A DNA stretch of 64,000 bases from an uncultured Candidatus Saccharibacteria bacterium (GTDB lineage Bacteria > Patescibacteriota > Dojkabacteria > GCA-002793355). Positions within the stretch are counted from its first letter, which is position 1. Each line of letters begins with the position of its first letter. The notes beneath the pieces were generated by a model. That model made no database searches. It saw nothing but the letters and a program-made list of their open reading frames with translations, and was not told the DNA's origin. The stretch is taken from contig CAZGEO010000001.1 of NCBI GenBank assembly GCA_964525295.1, positions 73,671 through 137,670 on the forward strand, read 5' to 3'. The translations under genes and the position numbers were made by a program. Positions 35,540 to 45,524 of the stretch are shown piece by piece.

Positions 35540-37108
35540 ATGTACCTCGTCTACGCAAACGACATCCAACTCACCATTGAAACAAGAATTCTTTTGAGTC
35601 ACGCAACTTTCAGTATTATGCCCGGAGATAAAATCGGTATTGTTGGAAAAAACGGCACAGGAAAATCAACACTTTTAAAGGCACTAGCTTCGAGAACGCC
35701 CCCAAGAAAAGGCGAAATCGATGTTAAAGCAACCACGTTTTATGTTCCTCAAGAGGTTTCACTTTCAACAGAAGATATGGAACTTCCTGTAATCAGCTAT
35801 GCACAGTCACTACACGAAGAAGGTTGGAATGTTTTTCATAAAATTGAAAAACTTTTTGACTATACAAATATTCTGCCAGAAAAACTCATGAAACAGCTTA
35901 GTGGCGGTGAATTAACTATGCTACATCTGGCCCTTGGACTCATGATCGAACCAGAATTATTACTCCTCGATGAACCAACAAATCATCTTGATCTTATTGG
36001 AACCAAACGTCTTGCACAAGCGCTCAAAGAACATAGAAAGTCACTCGTAATCATTTCACATGATTCCTATATCTTGAATGAAGTAACTGAAAAAACCTGG
36101 GAGATTAGGGAACGAACTCTTCACAAATATTCGGGGAATTATGACTTCTACCAAAAAGAAAAAGCGCATCAGATTGAGATAATGCAAAGAAAAATTCGAG
36201 ATAACGAGAAAGATTTGAAATTTACACTCGAAAGAAAGCAAAAAATTGCCGAACGAATCATGCGCCGAGAAGCCGATATTAAAGGATTAAGAAATTCCGG
36301 AATTCCTGCAATTCAACAAGGGTATTATCTCGAAAAGGCAGCAAAATCAACAAGTCACGGCATGGCATTGGCAAAACAAGCTGAGCGAGAGAGCAGGGCA
36401 GAGATCAAACAATTCAAAGAGAAGTTAAAGAAATCTCAAACACTGAATATCGAATTAGGAGCCTCAAATACTTCAGTATTTTCATTAATTGACGTAAACA
36501 ACGCACAGCTAACTATTACAAACAATGAGCGAGAACGCATAACGTTAGTTTCACAAATTTCTCTTCGCATCACTAACCAAGATAAAGTGCTACTACAAGG
36601 AAGAAACGGTAGCGGAAAATCCTCTTTTATGAAGGCTGTACAGCAAACCAAAGGATACGAACTACTGAGTCCGGCAAAACCAATCTTACCGCAATCTTCG
36701 ATTTACATCGACCAACATTATTCACTCATTGAAGCAGACAAAACTTTAATTGGGCACATTTCTGCGCTCGCTCCGAACCTTGAATACGAGGAACAACGAA
36801 AAATTCTTGGTAACTATCTATTTATAACCGACGACCAAATAAATCAAAAGGCTGGTACACTAAGTGGAGGAGAAAAAGCACGCCTGGCACTTGCAATGGC
36901 ATCAATTTCGCCACGATCGTTATTACTTTTAGACGAACCAACCAACAATCTAGACATCGAAAGCATTGATGAATTGATTTTCGCATTAAACAATTACGAA
37001 GGCGGAGTACTCATCGTCTCTCATGATATTGGCTTTATCTCCCAACTCAATTTAACGCAAAAAATTACCTTCATTGGGGGAAGGGTAGAGTTGAAAGAAG
37101 GGGAATAA
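35540..37108 (+). CDS. ABC-F family ATPase (tandem ABC domains, no TMD)
   Basis: Two Walker A motifs (GKNGTGKST and GRNGSGKSS) and two signature motifs (LSGGE). Confidence 0.8.
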   Translation: MYLVYANDIQLTIETRILLSHATFSIMPGDKIGIVGKNGTGKSTLLKALASRTPPRKGEIDVKATTFYVPQEVSLSTEDMELPVISYAQSLHEEGWNVFHKIEKLFDYTNILPEKLMKQLSGGELTMLHLALGLMIEPELLLLDEPTNHLDLIGTKRLAQALKEHRKSLVIISHDSYILNEVTEKTWEIRERTLHKYSGNYDFYQKEKAHQIEIMQRKIRDNEKDLKFTLERKQKIAERIMRREADIKGLRNSGIPAIQQGYYLEKAAKSTSHGMALAKQAERESRAEIKQFKEKLKKSQTLNIELGASNTSVFSLIDVNNAQLTITNNERERITLVSQISLRITNQDKVLLQGRNGSGKSSFMKAVQQTKGYELLSPAKPILPQSSIYIDQHYSLIEADKTLIGHISALAPNLEYEEQRKILGNYLFITDDQINQKAGTLSGGEKARLALAMASISPRSLLLLDEPTNNLDIESIDELIFALNNYEGGVLIVSHDIGFISQLNLTQKITFIGGRVELKEGE

Positions 37109-37136
37109 AAATCCTAGTTTGCAGCGCTAGGTTGCA

Positions 37137-37928
37137 TTGATATACACTTACGATTACGATATAATACGTGGAATGTCAGCAATCAAGGAACCATCTGAAC
37201 TTGAAAAGTGTGCCGAAGTAAGCCGTAAGTTGGAAGATGCGATAGCTTTATCCCCTGAACAACAATTGGGTGTTAAGTTTCATGCCTTACAAGGAGCGAT
37301 AGGAGACACAACCAGAGAACAATTTGACAACTACAAAAAACAAAAACAATTCAAAATTGAAAAATCCCAAGAAGAAAAAATCATTCGAACTGTTGGAAAA
37401 GTTTTTCTTTGGTATTTCTTCCAGGAAAATAGGCAAAATGCAAAGGCCGATAGAATTTCATTAATCAAGGCTTTAACATCAGATACTTTTGATACTGATG
37501 ATGTAGATTTCATTTTAAAAAGTTGCACCTCAATGTTGACTAAAGCTCAACAGACAATTCAGCTTAAAGACAATGCCAGTTTTGACTCAAAAATTCAAAT
37601 AATACTAGACTTTCTGCCATTCCTCAAAAAATATTATGAGTCAATGATATCGAATTCAGATTTCCAAAAAATCAACGGTACCTCTAGAAGAGACAGATTT
37701 TTAGCAAAGGTCGATATGCATTTTACCGAACAAATAAGAAAATTACTTAGTACACAAAGTCCTGAAACATTAAAAGCTTCTGGCGTATCGATAGAGCATA
37801 GATTCAACACAACATTCGCTCTTGAATCACCAGCAGTTCGGGCTTCACATGGATTCGACGGTATTACAACGACTCCAAAGACTGGAGAGCTTGATGCTAA
37901 CCATCTCAACAGACTAGATACGCTATAA
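37137..37928 (+). CDS. hypothetical protein
   Basis: 263-aa ORF with no motif. Confidence 0.35.
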   Translation: MIYTYDYDIIRGMSAIKEPSELEKCAEVSRKLEDAIALSPEQQLGVKFHALQGAIGDTTREQFDNYKKQKQFKIEKSQEEKIIRTVGKVFLWYFFQENRQNAKADRISLIKALTSDTFDTDDVDFILKSCTSMLTKAQQTIQLKDNASFDSKIQIILDFLPFLKKYYESMISNSDFQKINGTSRRDRFLAKVDMHFTEQIRKLLSTQSPETLKASGVSIEHRFNTTFALESPAVRASHGFDGITTTPKTGELDANHLNRLDTL

Positions 37929-37961
37929 AATAATTAAACGTTTTTCCTGCTATAATCCTTA

Positions 37962-38372
37962 ATGACCTTACACGATACTGTTTTACGAATTCAAACGTAT
38001 GCAAAACGAAATTTACCCGCAATCATTTTTCTAGAAGGTAACTTAGGAGCAGGAAAGACTCATTTAACCAACGCATTCGCTCAAGAAATTGGCCTTACAG
38101 ACAGACTACCAAGCCCAACGTTTACTTTTCTACAAGAATACAAGATTGAATGGGAGAACTTCAAAAAATTAGTTCATTGCGATTTTTATAGAATTGAACC
38201 GGAGCAAGCTGAGAAAACACTTGAACAAATCGGCTTTTGGGACTATCTTGATGCAAACACAATCATTTTTATAGAATGGCCCGAAAGAGTTAGCTCTCAG
38301 ATAAATGAACTACCACACGCAACAGTCAAAATAACATTGCAAGAAGAACGACATTATGAATTCATTGAGTAA
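37962..38372 (+). CDS. tsaE: tRNA t6A biosynthesis ATPase TsaE (YjeE)
   Basis: P-loop LEGNLGAGKTHL. ~135 aa. Confidence 0.7.
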   Translation: MTLHDTVLRIQTYAKRNLPAIIFLEGNLGAGKTHLTNAFAQEIGLTDRLPSPTFTFLQEYKIEWENFKKLVHCDFYRIEPEQAEKTLEQIGFWDYLDANTIIFIEWPERVSSQINELPHATVKITLQEERHYEFIE

Positions 38373-38937
38373 TATTGTAATTCAAACGGCACTGAAACCA
38401 ATTACCATTTACTATGACGGTAATGTTAAAGTTGCAAACGATGTAGCAGAATTCTTTAACATAATGGATTTTCTTGACATCTCAGATGAAACAAAAGTAA
38501 CCATTATCAGGGGACCAGGTTCATATACAGGAATTAGAACTGGAATTGCGTATGTTTATGGATTGCTTCATGCGAAGCTAATCAAAAAAGAACAAATAGT
38601 TGGAGTAACAACATTTGACTTAATTTCTGCAATTTCAGAAAGAAACGCGCCAATATACTTAAAAGCATGGCCGAGGCTAGCAAACGGCAAAATTGAGGGC
38701 AGTAAAGGGTATTTCTACGATGGGTCGCAAATACAACACCTTGAGTACGAAATGATTAAAGATAAGTATGAAAATCTAACCATTTACAGCGATGAACAAT
38801 TACACGACTATTCTCAGCAAAACACAGTAACCGCAAAAATATTACAGCAACCTGAAATCTACGAAAAACTCCTTGAAAAAAATAGTCACGACTTTTCATT
38901 AGAACCTCTTTATATAAATCCTGTAAGAATTAATTAG
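38356..38937 (+). CDS. tsaB: tRNA t6A biosynthesis protein TsaB (YeaZ)
   Basis: GPGSYTGIRTGIAYVYGL motif. Confidence 0.65.
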   Translation: MNSLSNIVIQTALKPITIYYDGNVKVANDVAEFFNIMDFLDISDETKVTIIRGPGSYTGIRTGIAYVYGLLHAKLIKKEQIVGVTTFDLISAISERNAPIYLKAWPRLANGKIEGSKGYFYDGSQIQHLEYEMIKDKYENLTIYSDEQLHDYSQQNTVTAKILQQPEIYEKLLEKNSHDFSLEPLYINPVRIN

Positions 38938-40127
38938 TGAAAACAGCAATCGTTTACGATTATGTTCCAGCATATGGTGGAGGAGCTGAACGTGCATTAC
39001 TTGAACTAATAAGTCACTTTGCGCCAGATGTTGACGTGTATTTCGGATTTGTTGTTGATTCGCCTTTCAGTCGAGATTTTTTAGCAAAATTACGAGATTT
39101 GTATACCCCCCCCCGTATCCATACTGGACCAATCCTGAAACATATAAAAAGCATTGGATTTCGCTTATTAAACTTTTACCTTCCGTCATTGTTGCAGAAA
39201 TTTCATTTACAAAATTACGATTTAGTAATTAGTTATACTGCATTCCTGAGCCACTCAATTATTCCACCAGTAAAGGGCAGGCATATCCTGTACCAAAACA
39301 CACCAGCACGCTTTCTTTGGAATTTATCACATGCGCAAAGTCTACTGAAAAAGGTTACCGCTGTGTTCAAAATTACCGATATCATGCGATTTCGTTCGCG
39401 CTTATATGATTTAGCTGCAATTGAGCGAACACCACAAATACTAGCAATTTCAGAAGCAGTGCAAGAACGTATTAAGACATTTTATAATCGAGAATCTACT
39501 GTTTTATATCCAGCGTCGGGAACGAATGAAAGCTTCACGAGAAATTATTACTCTCCCGAACTAAAAAATAGAATTGGAAAATATATTTGCCACGTTTCGC
39601 GTGTCGAAAGTTTCAAGAATATTGATCTGGCAATTGAGTATGCAATTTCAACTCCTTCGGCATACAAAATGCTAATTGTTGGTGATGGGCCATACTTGCA
39701 AGATTTACTCTTAAAAGTGCAGAAGCATTTCAACCAGGAAATTATTGAAATTCCTGAATTACAGGTAAAAGCAAAAAAATTTGGCAACCTAATATTCACC
39801 GGTTATTTGAATGAAGAAGCAAAAATGAAAGTTTTTGCAAACGCTGAGGCAGCGCTTTCATTAAATGATGAAGATTTTGGCATTACAAAAGTAGAACCTA
39901 TAGCGCTAGGAACCCCAGTAATCGCGCTTAATGCTGGCGCAGCGAAAGAAGTAGTTCACCACGGACAAAATGGCCTGCTTTTCGATAAGGCAGACGTTGG
40001 ATCGTTTGTTGCCGTTTTGCGGCTCTTTGAGAAAATGAAATTTGACAGAGAGATTGTGCGCAAAACGGCAACAAAATTTACAACCGAGGCGTTTCACGAT
40101 AATTTGGACAGATTGCTCAATGCGTGA
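38937..40127 (+). CDS. GT-B glycosyltransferase (GT1/GT4 family)
   Basis: C-terminal EDFGITKVEPIALGTPVIA. Confidence 0.65.
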   Translation: MKTAIVYDYVPAYGGGAERALLELISHFAPDVDVYFGFVVDSPFSRDFLAKLRDLYTPPRIHTGPILKHIKSIGFRLLNFYLPSLLQKFHLQNYDLVISYTAFLSHSIIPPVKGRHILYQNTPARFLWNLSHAQSLLKKVTAVFKITDIMRFRSRLYDLAAIERTPQILAISEAVQERIKTFYNRESTVLYPASGTNESFTRNYYSPELKNRIGKYICHVSRVESFKNIDLAIEYAISTPSAYKMLIVGDGPYLQDLLLKVQKHFNQEIIEIPELQVKAKKFGNLIFTGYLNEEAKMKVFANAEAALSLNDEDFGITKVEPIALGTPVIALNAGAAKEVVHHGQNGLLFDKADVGSFVAVLRLFEKMKFDREIVRKTATKFTTEAFHDNLDRLLNA

Positions 40128-40758
40128 ATATGTCAGCGGACTTTTTCTTATACTTGACTCGCGAAAATACACAGACGATATAGCATTTCTTAGTATTTCA
40201 CCCTACGAAGGGCAACAAACCATCGTAGTAAAAGGAGGAAATCGCGAAACCAGTAAAAGAGGAAAAGTACTCGATATTGGTAACTCAGTAAAAGCAAAAC
40301 TTTATAAACGCCACCATTTTTACCTAACTGAAGCAGAAATTGTCGAATCCTTTTCATTTTTGAAAAACAATCTTGCTACCATCGTTTTATTGCAAATTCT
40401 TCTTGCGGTGTTAAAAAGAACATATTACTTGCCAGAAAGACAATTTTTCTTTTCTGTATACAAATCACTCATCGAATTAAACGAAAGTAATGACGTTGAA
40501 CGCGCAGATTTAGGGCTCTTTCTGGTTATTATGAAAGTTCTGAATTTTTACGATATCATCGAATTTCCTCTAAAATGTCAAATTTGTAACACCAATGTGT
40601 ATCAGGGCAATTTCGACTATTTAGGTTTCTATTGCAACGAGCACAGAGCAGCAAATGGTACAGACTTTTCACTTTTTACAACGAATTCACGAATAGAATT
40701 TCTCAGAACAATGCTGCGAGAACTTCTCAATTTGCCAATTACTCTAACACTCGAGTAA
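40120..40758 (+). CDS. recO: DNA repair protein RecO
   Basis: ~212 aa with a C4 zinc motif CQIC ... CNEH. Start placed at the Met whose ATG overlaps the upstream stop. The track ORF begins at 40042. Confidence 0.55.
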   Translation: MREYVSGLFLILDSRKYTDDIAFLSISPYEGQQTIVVKGGNRETSKRGKVLDIGNSVKAKLYKRHHFYLTEAEIVESFSFLKNNLATIVLLQILLAVLKRTYYLPERQFFFSVYKSLIELNESNDVERADLGLFLVIMKVLNFYDIIEFPLKCQICNTNVYQGNFDYLGFYCNEHRAANGTDFSLFTTNSRIEFLRTMLRELLNLPITLTLE

Positions 40759-41224
40759 CATCAGATTCACCAACTTTTTCAAGCCCTTTTGTTTCAAAGC
40801 GATATATAGCCAACATAATCATTTCAAAAATTACAATAATGCCCGCTACATACCAAATATTTTCCTGAACAGGGATATCAGATTGTGCATTAAGTAAAAC
40901 AGAGAAGAAAATAAGAAATACAAAATTCACAAAAAGAGCTGCAAAGAACTGAGGATATCGAGCAACTTTACCAGTTTCGGCAATAACTCCTGCAATTAAA
41001 GTATCCAATTTCAAAAAACTTACAATAAATGATAAGACTAACACAATTGTGATAAGTATAGAAACATCAAATTTAAATATTACCTCTAGCAACGAAAGAA
41101 TTAACGCAAGTGTGACAAAAATAGATCCTAACCTGAAGGCAAAAACAAAAAACGAAATTATGCCGATTTTAACGACATAAACTCCCAGAAAGTTTTCTTT
41201 CTTCTTTTCAATGCTCATATCCAT
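40739..41224 (-). CDS. hypothetical membrane protein
   Basis: 4-5 TM helices. Confidence 0.4.
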   Translation of the reverse strand: MDMSIEKKKENFLGVYVVKIGIISFFVFAFRLGSIFVTLALILSLLEVIFKFDVSILITIVLVLSFIVSFLKLDTLIAGVIAETGKVARYPQFFAALFVNFVFLIFFSVLLNAQSDIPVQENIWYVAGIIVIFEMIMLAIYRFETKGLEKVGESDVTRVLE

Positions 41225-42079
41225 CTATAAAGTAAACAATATTATTCCAATAACTGCAAGCGATGCAGCAAGAAGTTTCTTGCGAAGATTTTCTCTTTCT
41301 TTAAAGACTACAAGTTCTATCAAAATAACGCCAAAAACCGTAGAATTGTTGATTGCATCTACCTTACCAACATCCCCACCATTAATATAGGAAAACTGTG
41401 TAAAGACATTAAATAATGTTCCAAAAAGGGCAGAGAAGAACATCGGACGAAAATCTATTACTTGTAACGTTTTTGATTCCTGGATAATTCTTTTTCCACT
41501 TGCAAGAAAACTAACCAGCGCAACGCCGAAACATATCAATGAAACATACATTGTCGGGTGAAGTGCTGTAGTTACGATCGATTTATCGATGGTAAAGGCA
41601 ATACCAAAGAAGAATCCTCCAGCCAAAGCGTATAGATTGTACAAAGAAAGCTTTTCTCCTTTACGGTAATTTACATATGCAATTCCCGCAAGAACTAAAA
41701 CAACGCCTAAAATTTTCTGCCAAGATAGTGCTTCACCAAGCAAAAGAATTCCCAATGTCGTAGAAACAACTGCCGAAAAACTTCCAAGAACAATTGAAAA
41801 GCTGGCGCTATTCGCTTTATAGCTGGTGTAATATAACGTCCCACCTATGAAATATATAACTGCATTGATTATAAGCTTTCCCCAGGTCATCCCATCTACC
41901 GGTAACGCAAGTACTCCAAATACACTTGCAAGAAGAAGTCCCCCAATTCCTTGCATACTCCAGACGTAGAAATTGTTTGTAATTGCAGAAAGATTATTCT
42001 TACCCGTTAATGAAATTTTTTGTGATAATTCGGACCCAACAAGGGCAAAGAGAGAGAGAAATGCAAAGAAGAGCCACAT
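41225..42079 (-). CDS. EamA/DMT-family transporter
   Basis: Ten TM helices in two EamA-like halves. Confidence 0.6.
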   Translation of the reverse strand: MWLFFAFLSLFALVGSELSQKISLTGKNNLSAITNNFYVWSMQGIGGLLLASVFGVLALPVDGMTWGKLIINAVIYFIGGTLYYTSYKANSASFSIVLGSFSAVVSTTLGILLLGEALSWQKILGVVLVLAGIAYVNYRKGEKLSLYNLYALAGGFFFGIAFTIDKSIVTTALHPTMYVSLICFGVALVSFLASGKRIIQESKTLQVIDFRPMFFSALFGTLFNVFTQFSYINGGDVGKVDAINNSTVFGVILIELVVFKERENLRKKLLAASLAVIGIILFTL

Positions 42080-42161
42080 TTAGTTCTTTAGTAAATTAGT
42101 TTAAAAACAAAGCTTTAACGATTTCAAGTCACCATCTTTAGTGCTTTCTAGCATTACTGCT

Positions 42162-43145
42162 TTATGACTCTACTGCCTTAATCAAATTAATCGCGTACCC
42201 TGCAATAACACTTGCATTATCGGTGCAATATTTTTTGTTTGGAATAAATAAGTCAAATTTCAATCCGCTCTCGCCAAGATACGAAAATAATATATCTGCT
42301 AATCTTTGGCTTGCTGCAACACCGCCGCCGACGACTATTTGTGATATTCCCGTACTTTTCATTGCTTTTTCTAGTTTCTGGGCAATATGGGTAAATGCGG
42401 TTCTCTGAAAAGAGGCTGCGACATCAGCGACAAAATATTGTTTATAAACTTCATGCTGGTTAGGCAGTTCTTTTTCAACATACTGTCTGACCGCAGTTTT
42501 TAGTCCTGCAAAACTAAAATTCAAGGAATCATCATTTTCAAGGGGCATTGGTAACTTAACCGCGTGACTGTCGCCCTTTTCTGATATTTTTTCAATCTGT
42601 GGCCCACCGGGATATGGTAAATTCAACATCGCTGCGACTTTATCAAAAGATTCACCGACCGCGTCATCAAGAGTTGAGCCTAGAATTTCGTAATCTTCAG
42701 AAGAATCAAATCTAATAATTTGAGTATGTCCGCCCGAAACCACAAGACCTAAGAATGGATATTCCGGTTTATCGGTGAATGCTGGATCAATCCAAACGCC
42801 CCACAGGTGAGCTACTACGTGATTAACGGGAATCAACGGAACTTTTTTAGCTTTTGCTAACGCTGCTGCATACGATTCTCCTACTTGAACAGCAGGGGGA
42901 AGTCCAACTTTAGATGCTACAGCAACCGCATCTATTTGATACCCTTCAATCGCCTTAAAGAAATTTTCACCTAAAAATTCGATATTCTTAATATGCTCAC
43001 GTGCGCCAAGTTCAGGAACTACGCCACCGTAGGGTGCATGCTTATCAACCTGCGAAAGAGTAACTTCAGCAATTATCTGATTACCGTCTTTTACTAGTGC
43101 TAATGAAGTTTCATCGCAAGTTGTTTCAATACCTAGAATATTCAT
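42162..43145 (-). CDS. tsaD: tRNA N6-adenosine threonylcarbamoyltransferase TsaD (Kae1/YgjD)
   Basis: MNILGIETTCDETSLALV ... VSGGHTQI ... VGGGVAASQRL motifs. Confidence 0.85.
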   Translation of the reverse strand: MNILGIETTCDETSLALVKDGNQIIAEVTLSQVDKHAPYGGVVPELGAREHIKNIEFLGENFFKAIEGYQIDAVAVASKVGLPPAVQVGESYAAALAKAKKVPLIPVNHVVAHLWGVWIDPAFTDKPEYPFLGLVVSGGHTQIIRFDSSEDYEILGSTLDDAVGESFDKVAAMLNLPYPGGPQIEKISEKGDSHAVKLPMPLENDDSLNFSFAGLKTAVRQYVEKELPNQHEVYKQYFVADVAASFQRTAFTHIAQKLEKAMKSTGISQIVVGGGVAASQRLADILFSYLGESGLKFDLFIPNKKYCTDNASVIAGYAINLIKAVES

Positions 43146-43345
43146 GCAGAATTATACAAGGTGTGCGATTAATGCACAATGATATTGGCCAGAGTACTCA
43201 AGATTGCCATTGAACTCAGTACCGCAATACCAAGAAGTTTTAGTAATGAATTGAACTCCATATAGATATAACGATTTTTCTCAAAAAATGTAACACCTTT
43301 ACTGCAATGATTTTGACTTTCTCTGCAAAAACAGTATAGTTTTTT

Positions 43346-43942
43346 ATGGAACCAACAACCCAGCTTCCCCCTTTGACTTCACAACTTCCTCCTTTACCCT
43401 CACAACCACCAATTAATGATGCGACTTATCAACTCAATCGGCCACAAGCACCTGTTGCAACGCCTCTTTTTCCTGAGCCTTCATCGGTTGAACCGTTACA
43501 ACCTACAAAGCCTATTCCAGTACTACAGGTGCTTAAGATCCTTCTTTTCATTACTTTTTTATGTTTCGGTCTTTCACTCGGAGGTTTATTCATGTCTAAA
43601 CGCGTAATCCAAAAATCCCCCCCTTCACAAACGGTAACTAACTTTTTTACAGCAGCTGACAAAGGAGATCTCGGATTCATAACAGAAAACACGACGTCTA
43701 CATTATTTACGCTACTTAATCGAAGAAATGATACTGGAACGACACTCGACTTATTAAAGAATAATCTCAAATCGCTCGAGATAACAAATTTATCAATTAC
43801 AGGGAACTCAGCAACCGTTTCATTTACGCTACAAGTGCATCAAAATCAAATTTTCTTCGACGAGATACGAATTGCAAAATTAACAAAAGATAGTGATGGA
43901 AATTGGAAGATCAATGAATTTCGTAAAAGTAACGATAACTAG
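43346..43942 (+). CDS. hypothetical Pro-rich membrane-anchored protein
   Basis: LPPL repeats followed by one TM helix. Confidence 0.4.
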   Translation: MEPTTQLPPLTSQLPPLPSQPPINDATYQLNRPQAPVATPLFPEPSSVEPLQPTKPIPVLQVLKILLFITFLCFGLSLGGLFMSKRVIQKSPPSQTVTNFFTAADKGDLGFITENTTSTLFTLLNRRNDTGTTLDLLKNNLKSLEITNLSITGNSATVSFTLQVHQNQIFFDEIRIAKLTKDSDGNWKINEFRKSNDN

Positions 43943-43948
43943 AAAGTA

Positions 43949-43977
43949 TTTACATTTTTTCACGAATTTACTATAAT
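43949..43977 (+). promoter_or_regulatory. sigma70-like promoter of the T-box leader
   Basis: TTTACA, 17-nt spacer, TATAAT. Confidence 0.55.
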
Positions 43978-43994
43978 ACGTATTTCTTGTCATT

Positions 43995-44240
43995 GATCGA
44001 GAAAGTAGAGAAGTCGTAACTTCTGCAAGGCGGGTAGTAGCAAGCCGCTAGCGAAAACTTCTTGAAACGCCCTCGTGAGACTAGAAGATCAAAGCATTAC
44101 GCCGAAAATCTTCGCAGGTTGTTCCTGCAAGAAAAGTAACTAAGAGTGCTCTGCAAAGAGAACTATGGTGGTACCGCGAAGAAAGCCTTCGTCCATAGGT
44201 AGGATAGTCTTACCTGCGAACGAAGGCTTTTTGTATAAAT
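43995..44240 (+). ncRNA. T-box riboswitch leader with intrinsic terminator
   Basis: Stem-I-like region with AGAGA at 44000-44100. T-box consensus GGTGGTACCGCG at 44167-44178. Terminator AAGCCTTCGT...ACGAAGGCTTTTT at 44182-44232. Confidence 0.6.
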
Positions 44241-44299
44241 AGCCCGCTCAAGATTTCCTACCTAAACAGACTTTTTCGCTCCACAATCGTTCAACTTAC

Positions 44300-44382
44300 A
44301 GAGAATTGGGTGGTACCGCGGGTTGCAGGAGTGAAAAGCAATTCGTCCCTTCTAATAAGTTTATTATGAGGAGGGAGCAAAT
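44300..44382 (+). promoter_or_regulatory. second T-box consensus copy with putative SD-sequestering hairpin
   Basis: GGGTGGTACCGCGGG at 44308-44322. The CGTCCCTTCT segment can pair with the RBS AGGAGGGAG 10 nt before the ATG at 44383. Confidence 0.4.
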
Positions 44383-45513
44383 ATGGCGCCACCATCATCT
44401 ATCGGAGTCTTTGAACATTTCAAAGATATGCCTCAGGTTACAGGAAATGAGCTTGAGGCATTGTCGAGTGAATTTTCACAGTCTGTTGAAAAAACACTTA
44501 ATTGCAATCAAAGCCGAGCTGAACTGTTTACCACGTTAAAAGAACTTAATCCGGCATTTGTTGAGAAAGCGTACTCTGAGAGCCCCAAAGCTAATTTGCT
44601 TGCTAATATCGTTTCTGCCGTTTACGCTCCATTACTTCACGCATATGCTCACAGCATTCTAGACAACATCGAGGCTGATACGCTTTCTCCATATATAATC
44701 GCACCGCCGAGAGACGCAATGCCAATTGTTGCAGCGATCAAGAGTCAACACAAAATTGGTGTAGAAGCAGGTAAATATTCGCAGCAAATAACTATTCTGC
44801 AACCTCCAATAAACAGAATTACCGCAGGGATAAAAATTGCGCAGAATACTCATGAACCGAAGCTTGACCCTCTACTACCGGAATTGCTACAACAAACCTT
44901 TCAAGATATTCCTCCTGAGATCGGATATACCGAAGTAGAAACCGGAATCTATGGAACAACTTCTCTGGTAACAGCATTGTTACTTGCGCAACAAGGAATT
45001 AACATAAAAATCGTTTCGACCAAATTCTACGCCTTGGGACCGAATCATAGCTTTACCCACGCAATATTGAGTAACGGCCACTCATGGATTGCTGAAAAAG
45101 CTGAAGACCAAGATTTGGTTAGTACCAAAAAGATTGCACATTTAATGTTACTTCTTGATAGTATGGAAGAATTTGGCATGGAAAAATTCTACAAATCAAT
45201 AGCAGCGCTATACAAAGATGCTAACGGAATAGTCAGACCACTCCTAGAAAAGGAATCTGCCGAAAATGTTGAGATTGCTAAAGCATGTCAACGAGCGATC
45301 AAAGCTACCGCTCAACTTTATACTAAAGAAGAAGCGCAAAAAGTTACGCTCAAAATCTTTGATAACATAGAAACACTTGCTTTACTTTCAAAAGAAAAGC
45401 AATGGCCAATTACGCTAACTCAACCCATCCCCCCAATGGAAAAACCTGAACAACTATTCGCAGACATTATTGCAGCAGATGTATTTTCACAACCAGACAA
45501 TTTAATTTTATAA
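44383..45513 (+). CDS. hypothetical protein (first gene after the T-box leader)
   Basis: Strong RBS GAGGAGGGAG. No motif recognised. Confidence 0.45.
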   Translation: MAPPSSIGVFEHFKDMPQVTGNELEALSSEFSQSVEKTLNCNQSRAELFTTLKELNPAFVEKAYSESPKANLLANIVSAVYAPLLHAYAHSILDNIEADTLSPYIIAPPRDAMPIVAAIKSQHKIGVEAGKYSQQITILQPPINRITAGIKIAQNTHEPKLDPLLPELLQQTFQDIPPEIGYTEVETGIYGTTSLVTALLLAQQGINIKIVSTKFYALGPNHSFTHAILSNGHSWIAEKAEDQDLVSTKKIAHLMLLLDSMEEFGMEKFYKSIAALYKDANGIVRPLLEKESAENVEIAKACQRAIKATAQLYTKEEAQKVTLKIFDNIETLALLSKEKQWPITLTQPIPPMEKPEQLFADIIAADVFSQPDNLIL

Positions 45514-45524
45514 TTACTACAAAT

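Noticed and set aside
40042-40119. Track start of the RecO ORF at 40042
   Set aside because: That start overlaps the preceding glycosyltransferase gene by 86 nt. An in-frame ATG at 40120 overlaps the upstream stop by 8 nt, the usual coupled arrangement.
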